Below are positions 43,449 through 56,919 of a stretch of 64,000 nt of DNA, in pieces; the first letter of the stretch is position 1; every line of letters starts with the position of its first letter. A model generated the notes under the pieces. It did no database searches, had not been told where the DNA came from, and saw only the letters and a program-made list of their open reading frames with translations. Made by a program: the position numbers and the translations under genes. The stretch is from assembly GCA_030704615.1 (NCBI GenBank), contig CM060731.1, positions 74,958,001 through 75,022,000 on the forward strand, in the 5' to 3' direction. Source of the DNA: Takakia lepidozioides (taxonomy: Eukaryota; Plantae; Bryophyta).

Positions 43449-46300
43449 GGCAGCATGTTCAGCATCTCTGCACTCATCCACAAACACCGTGTCCCTGTCA
43501 ACCTTGCTGCCCTTATAGGGCACCCAAAATTGACTATCCCAGTCTGGAAAAGATTGATTGAAAAGAGAGGGAGAAAATGGATGAGGGGTGTCCCTGTTCT
43601 AGAGCGTGATCCTCCTGCCAGTGTTTTTATTATGACTCACTTCCATCAAAACAGTATAATTCGCAAGATACTGAAGTTTAAGTCTCAAGTTGGCTTGGTT
43701 GGGGATGTCAGTATCATAATGTCCCATCCTTAGCATCATCCCTTTAGCATGAGTTTAGCAAATCAGCTTTTTGACTATAACGGTCATGTCCCCATTGAAA
43801 GCAAGCCTCAGATCAGTAATGGCGCATACCCTATATGTCCATACATTTTAATGACTTTGGGGTGAAGTGACACCATAAGTTACGCTTGCTTCGGCAAGAG
43901 TCTTCCTTCTGACTAACAAACCATCTATCAACATGATACTTTTGACTGATTGAAATTACTAAAAGCTTAAAAAAAAAGTCTAGAGACATTGACCTTCAAC
44001 CGTGTCAAGCCAATCAGAGTTAACATCCCACGTACATTCATGGATTTGGCTGGACTTTGTCCCTGCAATCACCAGGGAGCTTTGACATGTTTGAAACTGG
44101 AGTGTTTTCAAACAAATGATTTATCCAAATTATTTGTGTAATGACAGCTTCTGTCTTAACATTAGTTATTTACCCTTGATTGCAAGAAGTTGTACCTTCA
44201 GTTTGCTGATTGCTCGCACACAGTCATCCTCTGTAATGGGTTCACGAGAAGCCCGACGCCGCTTTGCAAGCAGAGCACAGAGTTCTTCCAAATCAAGAAG
44301 GCCACCATTGTGAGGCCTAGTTGCAAGGCATATGTCCACTATTTGTACACCTGCTTAGTAAAGCAATGATTAGTACCAGTCATTGCGTGGAATTCTCTTG
44401 GTTGCATGTTGCCCCACCACTAGTGTCACAAGTTCACGTACCTTCTGCCTACTTGAGCATCAGACAGCTGATGCTGCAGTTAGCTCCACGGAGGATGTAG
44501 TATGGATTGAATGTAAAAATAGAAGGTAGTACTGGTGGAAATGTTCACTGCAAACACGTGTACACCTCTGTGCCTGTGATGGCCTGGATATGATGGAGGA
44601 CCAACAGTATCTTGAAATTATGGCAAATTCAAGTGAGTCGTGTATGTACCCTGCTGGGTCTTGAACTCCTGGAAACACGTGCTTGCAGTACTGCGAGTTT
44701 TGCATTTGGTTGAACAAGATATGTCGAGGTGACCTTCTAGGGCATAATCTGGGTGGGTGTAGCAGTCTAAGAGCAAATTGTGAGTTTCATCCCACAAGGG
44801 TGTTGAGATGCATCCCGAATGCCCATATTCTACTACAACCCAAATTGAGATGGTGGCAGCCAGCGGCCGAGGATAATCTGGTTGCTAGGAATGGAGGGTT
44901 GTTGTATGCAGTTTTCGGCCTTCAGTACTTTGAAAGGATGTGGCAAGCGTGGCCAGAGGGAAAGGAGGGAAAAAAAAATGATGTACTCAGGAACGATCCC
45001 CTGCAGATGTTGACATGCACTGAGAATTCCCCAACATACAATGCCATTTGACTTCAAGAAGAAAGGGGGAGATACAGAGACAGAGGTACAGACCGAGCTC
45101 ATAATAGAAGTCCCCAATTCCCAACAGCTCAGCCCAGAACCCCTTGTTAGAGGCAAGTGGGTCTACTCCACATTTAGCACACATGGTGTGAAACTGTGCC
45201 CTGAATGCAGGACTCTTCTTAATGTCATTCTGCCAAATGTTATCAACAAACAATCAAGCCAGTGTCACAGTCATGGGAGTCTCAATAGAGGACCGGTATA
45301 ATCCCTGATGAGTGGAGGAGAACAAAACTGCAAACTAAAGTGCCATGAAGTAAATCTTCATTCTTTCAGCACCAAAACGTCTGCTAAGTCAAGTATTCTG
45401 AATATTGTGCACATACGGAAGCTGGAATGTACCTCTCTGCAAGATAAGGCTCAAAGAGAGAGCAACAGATGTGCTCATGATGATGACCTCTCATCAAAGT
45501 AAATCCTGTTTCCTTGCAGGGAAATACCCCGGAGAAAACAATCCCTCCGGGTCGAAAACCCCACTCCTAGCATGGAAGTGCCAGAGCTGTCTTCCACTAG
45601 CACCCTAGCCAGTTGTGGCACCAAGCGTGACATCCTAGCAATGACTGGTGGTGTTGAAAGGGCAACAGAAATAGGGTAAGAACCTTGTGCTTGCGAGCAA
45701 ATTCTTCGAGTTGGGTTCTGAAAGTGGCTAGCTGCTCCTTCATCAAGTCTGTGCGAATTTTCGCCACATTGTCGCCCAGCGACCGATACTGATCCTGGAA
45801 AACGCATATTTTGATGGAATCTTAAATGCCTCTAAAAGTGCTAAAGACCTCTGCAGATGGGTACAGTTTCGGGATTAAGGTGAACCTGTCCGGTACAAAA
45901 CGACTGCGCAGAGACAGGGACATGTAAAATCTAGATCCGTCACCAGGTTTGCATGTCCTAAACATTCTGAGCAACTTGAAGCACTGAATTTCTGAAAAAG
46001 ACTCAATACCACGAACCCTAAATCACAGATGTTCCGGCTGCTTCGTTGTCAAATACTAGAACTTCCAAAAAACAAGGTTCCGGACAAGGATGATGGTACC
46101 CATCAAGAACAAAAAATCTACGTTCTAGGCTCTCGAAGAGAACAACGCATCTGTCACACCATCAGTACCCATACAAGCCAGCGAGGAACTGCAAAAATGC
46201 TTGAAGAAGGTAGGGGCCAAGAGTAACAGGATGGAGATTGAGACAGTACCCTGGCGGCAGCAGCTGTTTGAAGCCCTGAGATTCCTGGACGCCTCCTCAT
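41365..46300 (-). CDS. VPS22: ESCRT-II subunit VPS22/SNF8/EAP30, about 257 aa
   Basis: Seven in-phase exons: 46250-46300, 45684-45794, 45094-45229, 44196-44350, 42731-42838, 41829-41918, 41365-41487; [67 protein letters not shown]. Confidence 0.97.
42860..43416 (-). mobile_element. 5'-truncated LINE C-terminal zinc-finger fragment in VPS22 intron 4
   Basis: ORF 42988..43386 has [30 protein letters not shown]; abuts (GA)n at 43417-43445. Confidence 0.75.
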
Positions 46301-46867
46301 CTCCGATACGATTGATATCGAGAAACTTACAGCGACTGCATGTTCAGATTCTCAGGTCTCCTCCAAGTTTGTATTGCGGCAGTTCTGAGCGAAGGCAGCT
46401 TTTCACCGAGACTTGTGAGTGTTGACCCCAAATGCCCAGCGAGCAGGTTTGCTTCGTTTTCTTTTCTTTCCTTTTTTTATTGATAAAACATTTGACTCCA
46501 TAATTTTTTCTTAATACTTAAAGGAAACCCTGGGAGAGACAGCCCACAATTCAGGCCCTTGAGGAGGGGCAAAAATTAACCCCTTTCCATTTATGGGCCA
46601 CCAGACCTACTGGCACAAATATGTAGGGCAGTTTCATTCGGGCCCAGGTTTGCAGTGGGATGTGAAAGTTAGAGAGTGGTCCAGGAATTTAAAAGCGGGT
46701 GATATAGTAAGCTACACCACGACTTGAATTAGTAACCGTCATGTAAGGGGGGGGTTAGAAAAAAGAAGTCATGAAGCCGACAACTATTAAATGGGGAGGG
46801 TTCAAGCTCCGAATTGGATAAGAAGACGTCACAGTCACAAGCAACCTTCTAGAAGGTCCCACCCCCT

Positions 46868-46990
46868 TAAGAGGGTATATGAAGGAGCCCCGCCTTGTAT
46901 TTACTAATAAGTTATCACTTACTAGTTAGTAAGAGGGTATATGAACGAGCCCCGCCTTGTATTTACTAATAAGTTATCACTTACTAGTTA
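46868..46990. repeat. Direct repeat, two units of about 61 bp
   Basis: TAAGAGGGTATATGAA.GAGCCCCGCCTTGTATTTACTAATAAGTTATCACTTACTAGTTA repeated twice. Confidence 0.95.
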
Positions 46991-47118
46991 ATAAGTGGTG
47001 AGCTGTGGAGGCGTAGGGCCCCAAAGAAAACATAAACAAGAACCATAGGTATATTAATTAATAGGGACAGCATAGTAAGTGATGCCCATGACCATAACAC
47101 ATAATCAACACGCGGGGC

Positions 47119-47188
47119 AGGCCAGTGGGGTTTGAACCCCGAATCACCAAGGTGACACACTGTGCACTTACCACGCTAGCTACCAGCC
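47119..47188 (-). mobile_element. tRNA-derived SINE head or pseudo-tRNA
   Basis: GGCTGGT/ACTGGCC acceptor-like stem, A box TAGCTAGCGTGG, B box GGTTCAAACCC; poor anticodon stem; partial relative at 22505-22532. Confidence 0.65.
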
Positions 47189-47878
47189 GATCATGATTAC
47201 AATATTTACTCCACTAGGGCTTCGCGTTGCTCCGCACTACTAGCGACAAATTCTGAGAACTGCGTTCAATTTTTCATAAAAAAAAAGGGGGTTGGTCATC
47301 CCCACGGTGTTACATGCAAAGATCCCGTGTTCTGTTTTTTCTGGAATAAAAATGGCGGATCTGCATTTCAATGTTCAATTTTCACAGGCTGCATCAATCA
47401 ATAACAACATACCCAAATACCCTTACGTTCACTATATGAACTTTCAAGCAGCCACCATGGGATTGGATCTTGGTGGGTTAAGGCTAGCTTTTGACAATAT
47501 TCATGTAAGTTCATCAAGGGCTCCATCCAAAGCCACACCACGAGAAACAAACAAACATGTCCAAATTTAAGATGCTGAACAAACTTGTGCACAGTGCTGC
47601 CTCTCTCATCAAGCTCATTAAAATTCGTATTCACTTCCATCTTCAAGCTTTGGAGAAGCTCCACCACCCAAACCCAGAATTAGGACAGCACTCTGATTTC
47701 CATCCACTATCACCAGAATCAGTCAAAAATCACCCCTTCAGTCAAGTGCAATTGTGGGCTGACTTCCTACCTATGCCGGGTAGACCCCACTACCAGGAAA
47801 TGGTGGATGGTCTGAGTAGCTACACAGATCAATGAATGAAGCAAGACACTAACATCTTTCCAAGAAAACATCCTTTCA

Positions 47879-50250
47879 TCAGTAATCACCACAAGAACAA
47901 ATCACATCTTCAAAGTGGTGGAAAGTAGTTAGCGTCCCATACAACAATTGCTCGGCCAACAATCTTTGAGATGAATTTGGTGGAGGTGTGGGAGTCTCCA
48001 CACACTCGAAGATTCTTGATGAGTCGTGTTGATCAGCCCAAAACCAATGGCCAGCTTCTCACTGTGGTGGCAAAGAGAAAATTCCTTTTCTCCACATCAT
48101 GCAATAAAAAGCGTGTGTCAGGCACATACCCCACCTCCTTCATCTGCCCAAACAATCTTCTCAGCTCAGCATGGATTTCCTTAATTCTGGGATGCAACTT
48201 GTCATCTGGTTCCTTTCTAACCCCTCTGACGTTCATCATTCTTCTCACCTTTGCAGTATCATCCCACCTGCCAGCTGCAACATAGATGTTTGATATAGCA
48301 ACACATAAGTCGCGGCATCATGTTCATCCCACTTGAAGATAGATGTTGCCACACATTCAGCCATCTCCACATTGCCATGGATTCTGCAGGCACCAAGCAA
48401 GGCCTTCCACACCACAACATCTGGATTGATTGGCATTTTATTAATCAGGTCCACTGCCTCATCCAGTTGTCCTGCACGTCCAAGAAGGTCCATCATGCAG
48501 CCAAAGTGCTTTACTGTCAGATTGATACAATGATCTTGACTCAGGGAATCGAAGTAGCATCTTCCTTCATTCAGTAGGTCAGTGTGGTTGCATGCAGAGA
48601 GAACACATATAAAGGTGATACTGTCCGGCTTCAAGCCTTTCATTTGCATTCCTTCAAATAGTTGCAGGACCTCCCTATGACAACCATGCTGGGCATATCC
48701 TGCGATCATCGCATTCCACGACACCACATTTCATTCAGCCATATTGTCAAATACTCCCTTTGCATCCTCATTGCACTCACATTTCGCATACAAGTGAACC
48801 AGGGCAGTGTCCAGAATGACATTTGGTATAAGATGTCACCATGCACCTCTTTGCCCTTTTCCAGGGCTGCCAGGCTTGCACACGCATTGCAAACGCACAC
48901 AAACGTGATGTGGTCGGGCCTCACCCCTTCCCCCAGACCTCCATCCCACACCCCTGCTGTGCATATCCTACAAGCATGGCGTTCCATGACACCAAATCTC
49001 GTTCAGCCATATTGTTGAACACTCCCTGCACATCCTCAATGCCCCCACATTTGGCATACATGTCTACGAGGGTATTGTTCAGAATCACATCTGGTACAAT
49101 TCCAGCTTTGGCAATGCAACCGTGCACCTCTTTGCCCTTTTCCAGGGCTGCCAGGCTTGCACACGCATTGCAAACGCACACAAACGTGATGTGGTTGGGC
49201 TTCACCCCTTCGCACATCATTTGCTCATAGCTCTCCAAGGCCTCCATCACGCGCCCCTGTTGTGCATACCGTGCAAGCATGGTGTTCCATGACACCGAAA
49301 CTCGTTCAGCCATACTGTGGAAAACTCCGTCCACATCCTCAACACTCCCACATTTGGCATACATGTCCACCAGGGTAGTGTTCAGGATGACATCTAGTAC
49401 AATTCCAGCTTTGACGATGCAACCATGGACCTCTTTGCCCTATTCCAGAGCTGCCAGGCTTGCACACGCACTGCAAACACACACAAACGTGATGTGGTCG
49501 GGCTTCACCCCTTCGCACATCATTTGCTCATAGGTCTCCAAAGCCTCCATCCCGCGCCCCTACTGTGCATACCCTGCAAGCATCGCGTTGGGCAGTGTTC
49601 AGAATGACATCTGGTACAATTCCAGATTTGACGATGTCACCATGGGCCTCTTTCCACTTTTCCAGGGCTACCAGGCTTGCACACACACTGCAAATGCAAA
49701 CAAACGTGCCTTTAGTTGACCATCTACCCATGCAGGTTTCTTGTAGCTATCAATCCACATGGAATCATAGGTAATCTGGAGCTTGAAGTCCGGTCCCCTT
49801 GGATGAATCTGGACCCACACTCTATCCCTGCTCCTTCAACTATTCATGCCTCTGCACAAATCATGGATACATCCTTGCCTTCCTGCTAGCAGCGGACAAT
49901 GACAGCCTGTGACAGGCTCAACAAACTGTGGAATAGAGCTCCAAAGCCTCCATCCCGCGCCCCTGCAAGCATTGCGTTCCACGACACCACATCTCATTCA
50001 GCCATAATGCTGAAATTAACTCCCTTTGCATCCTTAATGCACCCACATTTGGCATACATGTCCACCAGGGCATTGTTCCGAATGACATCTGGTACAATTC
50101 CAGATTTGACGATGTCGCCATGGGTCCCTTTGCCCTTTTCCAGGGCTGCCAGACTTGCACACGCATTGCAGACGCAAACGAACGTGATGTGGTTGGGCTT
50201 CACCCCTTCCCTCATCATTTGCTCATAGGTCTCCAAAGTCTCCACCCCAT
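47879..50250 (-). pseudogene. PLS-E-DYW PPR RNA-editing factor pseudogene
   Basis: Repeated VSWNAM, KPNHITFVCVCNACASLAALEKGKEVH and LVDMYAKCG triplets; E domain VWKALLGACRIHGN; HSEKLAI; [11 protein letters not shown]; CSCGDY*; several frameshifts and deletions. Confidence 0.93.
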
Positions 50251-51106
50251 CATGGACATACCCTAGGTTAATCGACTCTATCTTGGAAGCAGGATTGCCC
50301 TGTCAAACAGATTAAGTCCTGACGGAAGAAGCGGTTTTCAGGGATCTGATTCTGAGTGCAAGTCTTGACCCTGCTGGATAATTCTGACCTGGAGGCTATG
50401 GGGTTCAAAGCCATGTCTGTTGCCAAGATCTTGATTTCCTTCATTCAGTAGGCCAGAGTGGCTGCATGCAGAGAGAACACATATAAAGGTGATACGATGG
50501 AGGATTCAACCAACCCCGAATCCAAATAACCTCTAGTGTGCGCTGTTTAGGTGTGTAGTCCGATGATCTTGGGTGGGTCTGTGAGAACCACCACGGAGCT
50601 GTTGAGCAGCCATAGTTTCAAGACGGCCTCCCAAAACCAAGAAGACCCTCCCAAGTACCTTGTAAACACCAAGAAAAACCCTTGCGCAATGCAATTTCAT
50701 GGCCTATTTAGGAACAACAACCTATGATACAGACAGGGACAGCCACTTTTGCATAACAGAAAACCTTCTTTACATCATGTAAGAAGAAAGCCCACACCTT
50801 GCTATGTAGGTTGTCCCACCATTGTGAAGGATAAATATGCTCACCTTTTTTCCTTTGGAGAACGTTCTCCTGGATGCGCCGTTTAAAGAAATGCCCTCCG
50901 CACAGTCGAGCTCTTTCTAACCCTTCTTGACACTTCATGGCTGTATATTATAGATCGCCTCGGCAAGCCAAACCTAGCTAAACATGTTCTAAATGCCAGG
51001 CCTTATCAACCTATGTAGCCATTGCGCTCTCTCTCTCTCTCTCTCCTTTGAACATCAAACAGAAGCATGGAGGAAAAGGGTCAGTCTCGACAAAGTACCG
51101 TTCAAG

Positions 51107-51267
51107 AAGTTATTTTCGGATTTTTCGGGCAATCTGGGCAGATAGAAAGAAATTAACGACATACAAAACGTGGCAACGACAGGTGGCGACGATGACGTGG
51201 CACTATGGCACCCTATTCCTGCTCTACGCTAAACTAGCTCTCGACCTTCGGTCGTCGCTAGAATAAG
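51107..51267 (+). mobile_element. Short Helitron/Helentron-like non-autonomous element
   Basis: Terminal hairpin CTAGC-TCT-CGACC-TTC-GGTCG-TC-GCTAG followed by AATAA; homologous to 13195-13330. Confidence 0.45.
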
Positions 51268-51626
51268 AGTTTATGTCTCCGTGACACAGAGGCCTCTCCG
51301 GCAAAGCTTCCTGTCAAATCCCCCCCAAGCCCCTGGGATTGACAGTGGGGGCATATTTCTCTTCACCATTTTCTCAGTTTACATCCAAATGCCACTGTCT
51401 ATATTGTAAAGTAAAACTAAATATTCTAGACCCTCATATGCTTCCTACATAGACCCCAAAAAAACCCTGATGTCATCCCTTTTCATTTATTGTCATGAGG
51501 TTGACCCAAAACCCATTCTGCTGAATGGGCATATTTTGCTCCGCTTGGTCTACAAGGCGTGTTCCGGAAACAATCATGGCAAGATGTGAGCTGAGATTGG
51601 GTAGCCTGTGAGCATACTTACGTATT

Positions 51627-51760
51627 ATGGAACGGTCAGGGCCGGGCTATTCTGCCCCCTTTGCTGCCCGTCCTGAAATTTTGTCTCGGCCTCCCAGCCT
51701 CGCCAAAATTCACGACCAGGCAGCTCAGGGGGCAGAATGGCCCGGCCCTGACCGTTCCAT
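51627..51760. repeat. 134-bp foldback hairpin (micro-MITE or pre-miRNA-like)
   Basis: Arms 51627-51660 and 51727-51760 complementary at 33 of 34 positions; inner region also pairs. Confidence 0.9.
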
Positions 51761-52299
51761 TGCATTATGGTCAGAGGTCAGAAACTGCCCGAAACATGGA
51801 GGACCTGAGCATTCTGCGACCTGTTGGGGCATTCTGCTACCTACTCGAATATTCTGCCATTTAACGGAGGGGGAAAAAATGGCAGAAAAACCACCTCCTG
51901 ACCATAACGCTCACAAACTACAATACTATATAAATTCTTAAAATATTCTAAGAATATACTACAATGAAACGAAAATACGCTTACATGACAAAATTGCAAA
52001 ACTACTTCAAAATTTGTACTCATGCGAAACTATCTTTTTTTTTTTTCATTATTTTGTTGGTTTGTTTAGCTAACGAGACTCATTGAGCTTGCATGAACAC
52101 AATTTTTGAAAGTTTCGTTGGCGAAATAGTGTTGTTTATAATATTATAATATTAAAAGTAGTGTTATGCTATTAAATATTTGTGTTTTACAAAGGGTTTT
52201 GGCTAAAATATACTCAAAGACCATGTAACTGACCCTATTAACATAGCAGGTGTTAATCTTGGCACTATCTCTTACACAACATCTTTCCTTCAAGACGCC

Positions 52300-53927
52300 T
52301 TGCTAGGATACCAGCTATATAGAGCTTCTTCCCAAACTAGGGGATATGCAGGGAGCCCATGGCATTCTCACCAAATGCTTTCTACACCGACCTTCGTAGT
52401 ACATTGTTTCCCCCCAAGTCCCCAGTTTTTGGAGCTTCTGTTTTCTATTTATACGACTATTATGGGGATGTCTATTAGGCCCGTGTGCATTTGATAGTGA
52501 GGAGGGTTCCTTGGCATATCGTCAAGCTACCCTCCCGATCTCTTCTGGGGGAGTGGGCTTATTATCCACAGTCACAACTGCCCCTGTTCCCTTCCCAGGT
52601 AGCTGGGCTCTAGTTGCTTCATCCTTGGCATCTCGGTTTATGTGTCAGCAATGCCCTATCCTCATGGATGTGGTTGCCCACATCGACGATGGCTCTTTGT
52701 CCTTCCAGCAATATCTTCATGCAGCATGGGACCTCCTTCCGATACCAGCACAAGCTTGTCTGCCACCTTTCGAACAATTGGTGACTCAAGGCCTAGAGTA
52801 CTTACAGGATACCATCATGGAATGCGTGCACCGATACTCATTTTCCAACATGCTTCCGATGCTCCTTCAGATACACATCGGACTAGACTTCTTTCTTGTG
52901 CTGGGCCCTGAGCAAGCGCCTGGCTCACGGTACGAACAGCCATAGCACCATTCCGTATGTCCTCAGCTGTATTTACCACCTCCCTTCGGGTTAGACTTGG
53001 TTTTCCGCATCCCCGTATGTTAGGACTACAGCGGTGTATTTGTCACCATCCTATCGACCCACTTGGCATCCAACTTCTTTGTTGCATTTGCGGCGGAGAA
53101 CTCATGACGTCGCGATGCAGTAGCTGCGGTTGCTCGTGATGCAAGGATTCACGTCCTTCGAGAGCAAATGCATGTACTTCCAACCCACAATCATCGTTCC
53201 ACACGACGGCGCGTTGACCTTGTCATCTCTCACGACGGGCTGCGTACATTGGCGGACGTGGTCATCACTGATTCTACTAGGGCATATCTCCTTCCACACA
53301 CAGCCCCATCACAAGGAGTTGCTGCTTAAGTAGCCGCACAGGGGATTAAGGAGCACGACTATTGGAACGTCACCCCATAGACACATTCCTCCCTTTGGCA
53401 GTCGAGATCTTCGGTTGTTTGCATCATCAATTCAACGACTTCCTTTGTACATATGCCCATCGCGCAGCTGAAAATAAAAGCCTAGGAAGCCCATACGTCT
53501 CTGTTCTTATAGCTTTCTTTAGACAGCGAGTCTCTGTTGCTTTACAAAAGGCTCAAGCTCTATCCATTTTGCATCGGGCAGAGGTTGTCGGGGCAGCTTC
53601 ATCTTGCCTCCCGACACTTTCTGATCCACCCTCTTTCATGTTGTCTGACCAAGTTCTTCAAGCAGTAGGTGATACCACAACAGTTTGACTTCTGTTTATC
53701 ATTATATCTAGCTCTATGAGATTTTTCTTCTTCCCTTTGGGATAGTTTTACCCATTTTGTACAGTCACCCCACTTGGATCTTTTTATAAAGCTATACAGG
53801 TTTTCTATGTCTATAAATGACTTGTATTTCCATTTGCAAACATACTACCCCTATAATCGTGGATCGTGCTCACACTAGTTTTCTTTCCAGCTCAGGAGAT
53901 ACCAACCCCCTGTGAGCTCGATGTATA
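52300..53927 (+). mobile_element. CRE-like RLE non-LTR retrotransposon, 5'-truncated and frameshifted
   Basis: RQATLPISSGGVGL, SLRVRLG, CIC..L.C, RVDL..LADV, FLPLAVEIFGCL, RQRVSVALQKAQA; 3' UTR runs to about 53927. Confidence 0.85.
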
Positions 53928-54564
53928 GGGGAAGGGCAGTTGATGACGCCCTTCCACCAGGGTTATTATTAGGTAAGTCGCCATGACCCGAAAATGAAGC
54001 CCAGAAATACACCCCCTTACGAAGCGATACGGGCGATCAACGGAAGATCAAGCAAAACATGCACACAAAAGCGCCAAGGAAATGCGAGAGGGGCCATGAT
54101 TTGCAAGCTCCAGGAACCCAGACTCTGTGCGCGCGAAGAGAGAGCCCGTTCCACGCTGCCGCCACCCATCACTGGCCACAGGGTGACATCCTGTGTCCGC
54201 ACGGGCGGACATGCCAACCCTGCATGCACCCGATCGCCGGCATCGGCACCGACGCCCATTATGTCTGCCACGTGGCTAGGTCAAAGCCTGTGGAGGGCCA
54301 GAAACCATTGGATTTTGGGTACTCGTCATCACTTCAAAAACTCCTGACGACGCAAGATTTGTCCAATTAGGGTGCAATAAATTATGTCCGGCGCAGAATC
54401 AAGGGCTACAACTTTCGTTCAGAGCCCATCTTCATCCAGATTCATTTAAGGGGCCCACTGATGATCGAAATATCCAATCGACCCGAATCAGGTCGACTCG
54501 TCCATTAGGGGTTAATACTTCGGCTGCTTGGTACTGTATTTCTAATTCAGCCGGAGGTACTCCC

Positions 54565-55790
54565 TAGGAGTAAAGAGAGCAGCAGCCCCCTGTCAAACCA
54601 TATGTCACAACCAGATTGAATTGCAGATGGGTCATGGCTCGACGCCCCCTCCTTCTCTCCATTGCAGAATGCAAGATATACGCATTCACTAGCGTGGTAT
54701 CCATAAGAAAAAAAACCAGACGATGCCACCATTCTTTGTGCGCAGCTGCAAGCTGTACGCACCCCTAAGCTGGTCCTGCACATCTACCCCTTGCATGTAC
54801 GTTTGGTATTGCACATGTGCAGGCACGGATGGCACAGGCACTATCTGGTTTCCCACAAAACGGCGTACAGTCACAGGAGAGGAATGGCTGCAAGCTGGCC
54901 TGGCTGCAGATGACACTAAAAATACACCCTTCTTGTCCCACCACAACACAGCAGCCACCTCCCTGGACTCATGCATCTTGTACCATGACTGCCCTTGCTT
55001 GGCAATCTTGGATTTTTTCATTTTCAGCAAAGAGGGAGGGAGACCCTTTCTGTTCACTCTTACCGTGCCAGTGACCCAAGTGCCAAGTTTGGCCATGTCA
55101 TACAAAAGCTGGACCCCTGTAAAGTAATTACGGGGGATGAGGGCCCACGAATTACAGGACGAAAAAACCAAATCGGATGTGAGCCCTTCATCTCAGGCAG
55201 GCAGGGACCAGGTTGAGGGCCAGAAAATGTAGCTCTATCACTCACAAAGTCAGAGTCTGCGTTGGTTTCCCACGTCTTCGCCTTGAACAGCTCCACAAAA
55301 TCGGCAGAGATTTCCTCATCACATTCCATATCAACCACCTCATTTTCCCAGTCTGCTTCGTCAGCAGAGTCGCCTATGTACCCATCGTCACCCTCAAAAT
55401 TCTCGTCCATGTCGGAGGAGGCCTCATCGTGGCCCAAAAAAGGATTAGAAGACCCCTCCCCAAAAGGAACCAGTGCACCAGTGTTGGGATGCATGTCCCC
55501 TAAAGCAGCCCGACCGACGGCAAGCATACTCCCGCACCCAGAGGCCCGCCAACACATCCCACAACACCCGAATTCACCACTCCCTTATTTCTTTTCCTCA
55601 CCACACCTTTGGGAGGTGCTGTCACACTTGCAAGAACCGACCTCTTTGCATGAGCCAACTCCTTCAGACGCCTGACTGTCGGCATCAGGCCAGACATCAT
55701 CTCTCAAAACAGAATTCACAACGTCACTGAACCCCTCCGTATCACCTTCCTCTCTTCTCTCTCTCCAACCAAGAATTAGAGCCACCTGGC
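54565..55790 (-). mobile_element. piggyBac (PGBD-type) transposase, internally deleted
   Basis: NYFT, GTVRVNRKGLP, WWDKKGV, YQTYMQGVDVQDQLRGAYS, frameshifted KKWW..VNAYIL; acidic N-terminal region. Confidence 0.9.
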
Positions 55791-56399
55791 GTCTAAACAG
55801 AAAGCGGAAATTGTGAGACGAGGTGGCGAGGCCAACGATTGGCGAACGGCGGTGGAGGCAAACTACAGAGGAAGGCAGGAGATAGACAACCCAGTATTAC
55901 CTTGCACTGCTCGGGAGTGCAGTGCTGCTCCTCAAGCGCCCACTCCCTTATAACCTCCGCGACAGCTGCAAGCTCAGGTGGGGGCGACGGTGGCTCAGGC
56001 ACAGGAGCGTCCTTCCTCTTTGGTCCATACGAATCCCTGGGACCGCACAGAGATCACAAGAAATGAATGCAAGCCCTCACAATGAATCAATGCAGACGGC
56101 ACATATTCCCCGCGCACAAGAAAGAATGATGTAGCTCGGCGAATTTCGCAAACTCTCCAAAAGCAGCTGCAAAATGTAACCCCAACACACCACGCTCCCC
56201 TGCAACCATCCCCTACCACACAAAACACACAGCCTACATAAAATCATTTCACAAAACGACATGCAAGAAAAAATTGCAACTTGCATTACAATGAAAATTC
56301 GGCAGGGCACAAGAATCTAAACGTCAAACACTCAGCCCTAACAACTGCGTAAATGCAATCACACCCCGAGCTCTAATGTCTAGAACACAAAGCAGGAAA

Positions 56400-56831
56400 C
56401 GGAACAGCTCCCGCCGCTTCGAGCCTGGGCGGGATTCGTATGGTTTTCTACTTGCGAATTTTGGGAGGATGTTACCCGCCAATGATCAGCCCGCGTTCAT
56501 CTTTCCATCTCAAGTTGAACAGGTGTTCTTTTCGGATGAGTCCCCAAGTTCGGAGGGGAAGGTAGTCCTTCGGAAGGATCCAAGAGCAAAAAAGATTGTG
56601 GCGGACATAGATCAATGTGACATTGGAGAAAATGTAGATTTCGATGGCCTTCAGGCACCGTCTACCTTATCAGATCAGCCAATACCTAGGTCATTAGATG
56701 GTGCCACGGCTCTAAATAAAGAAGACCTGGCTATGTTGGCTACCATTCAAGCGGCATTTGTGCAACCAACCGCTATTCCAGTTGAGCAAAGTGATTCAGA
56801 GGGTGACAAATATGTTTCAGATTCAGAATAA
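56400..56831 (+). mobile_element. CACTA/En-Spm TnpD C-terminal fragment
   Basis: RDSYGFLLANF..FIFPSQVEQVFFSD..KVVLRKDPR. Confidence 0.8.
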
Positions 56832-56919
56832 AGTTTATCGTTGGAACCATTTGTTCAATAACATCATCCCACAATGGTCTGGCCGCTTGTCTGTTTTTCA
56901 AAGTCTGTCACAGCTGCAC

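Noticed and set aside
47119-47188. Functional tRNA gene
   Set aside because: Anticodon stem pairs poorly and the D-arm is degenerate; better explained as a SINE head
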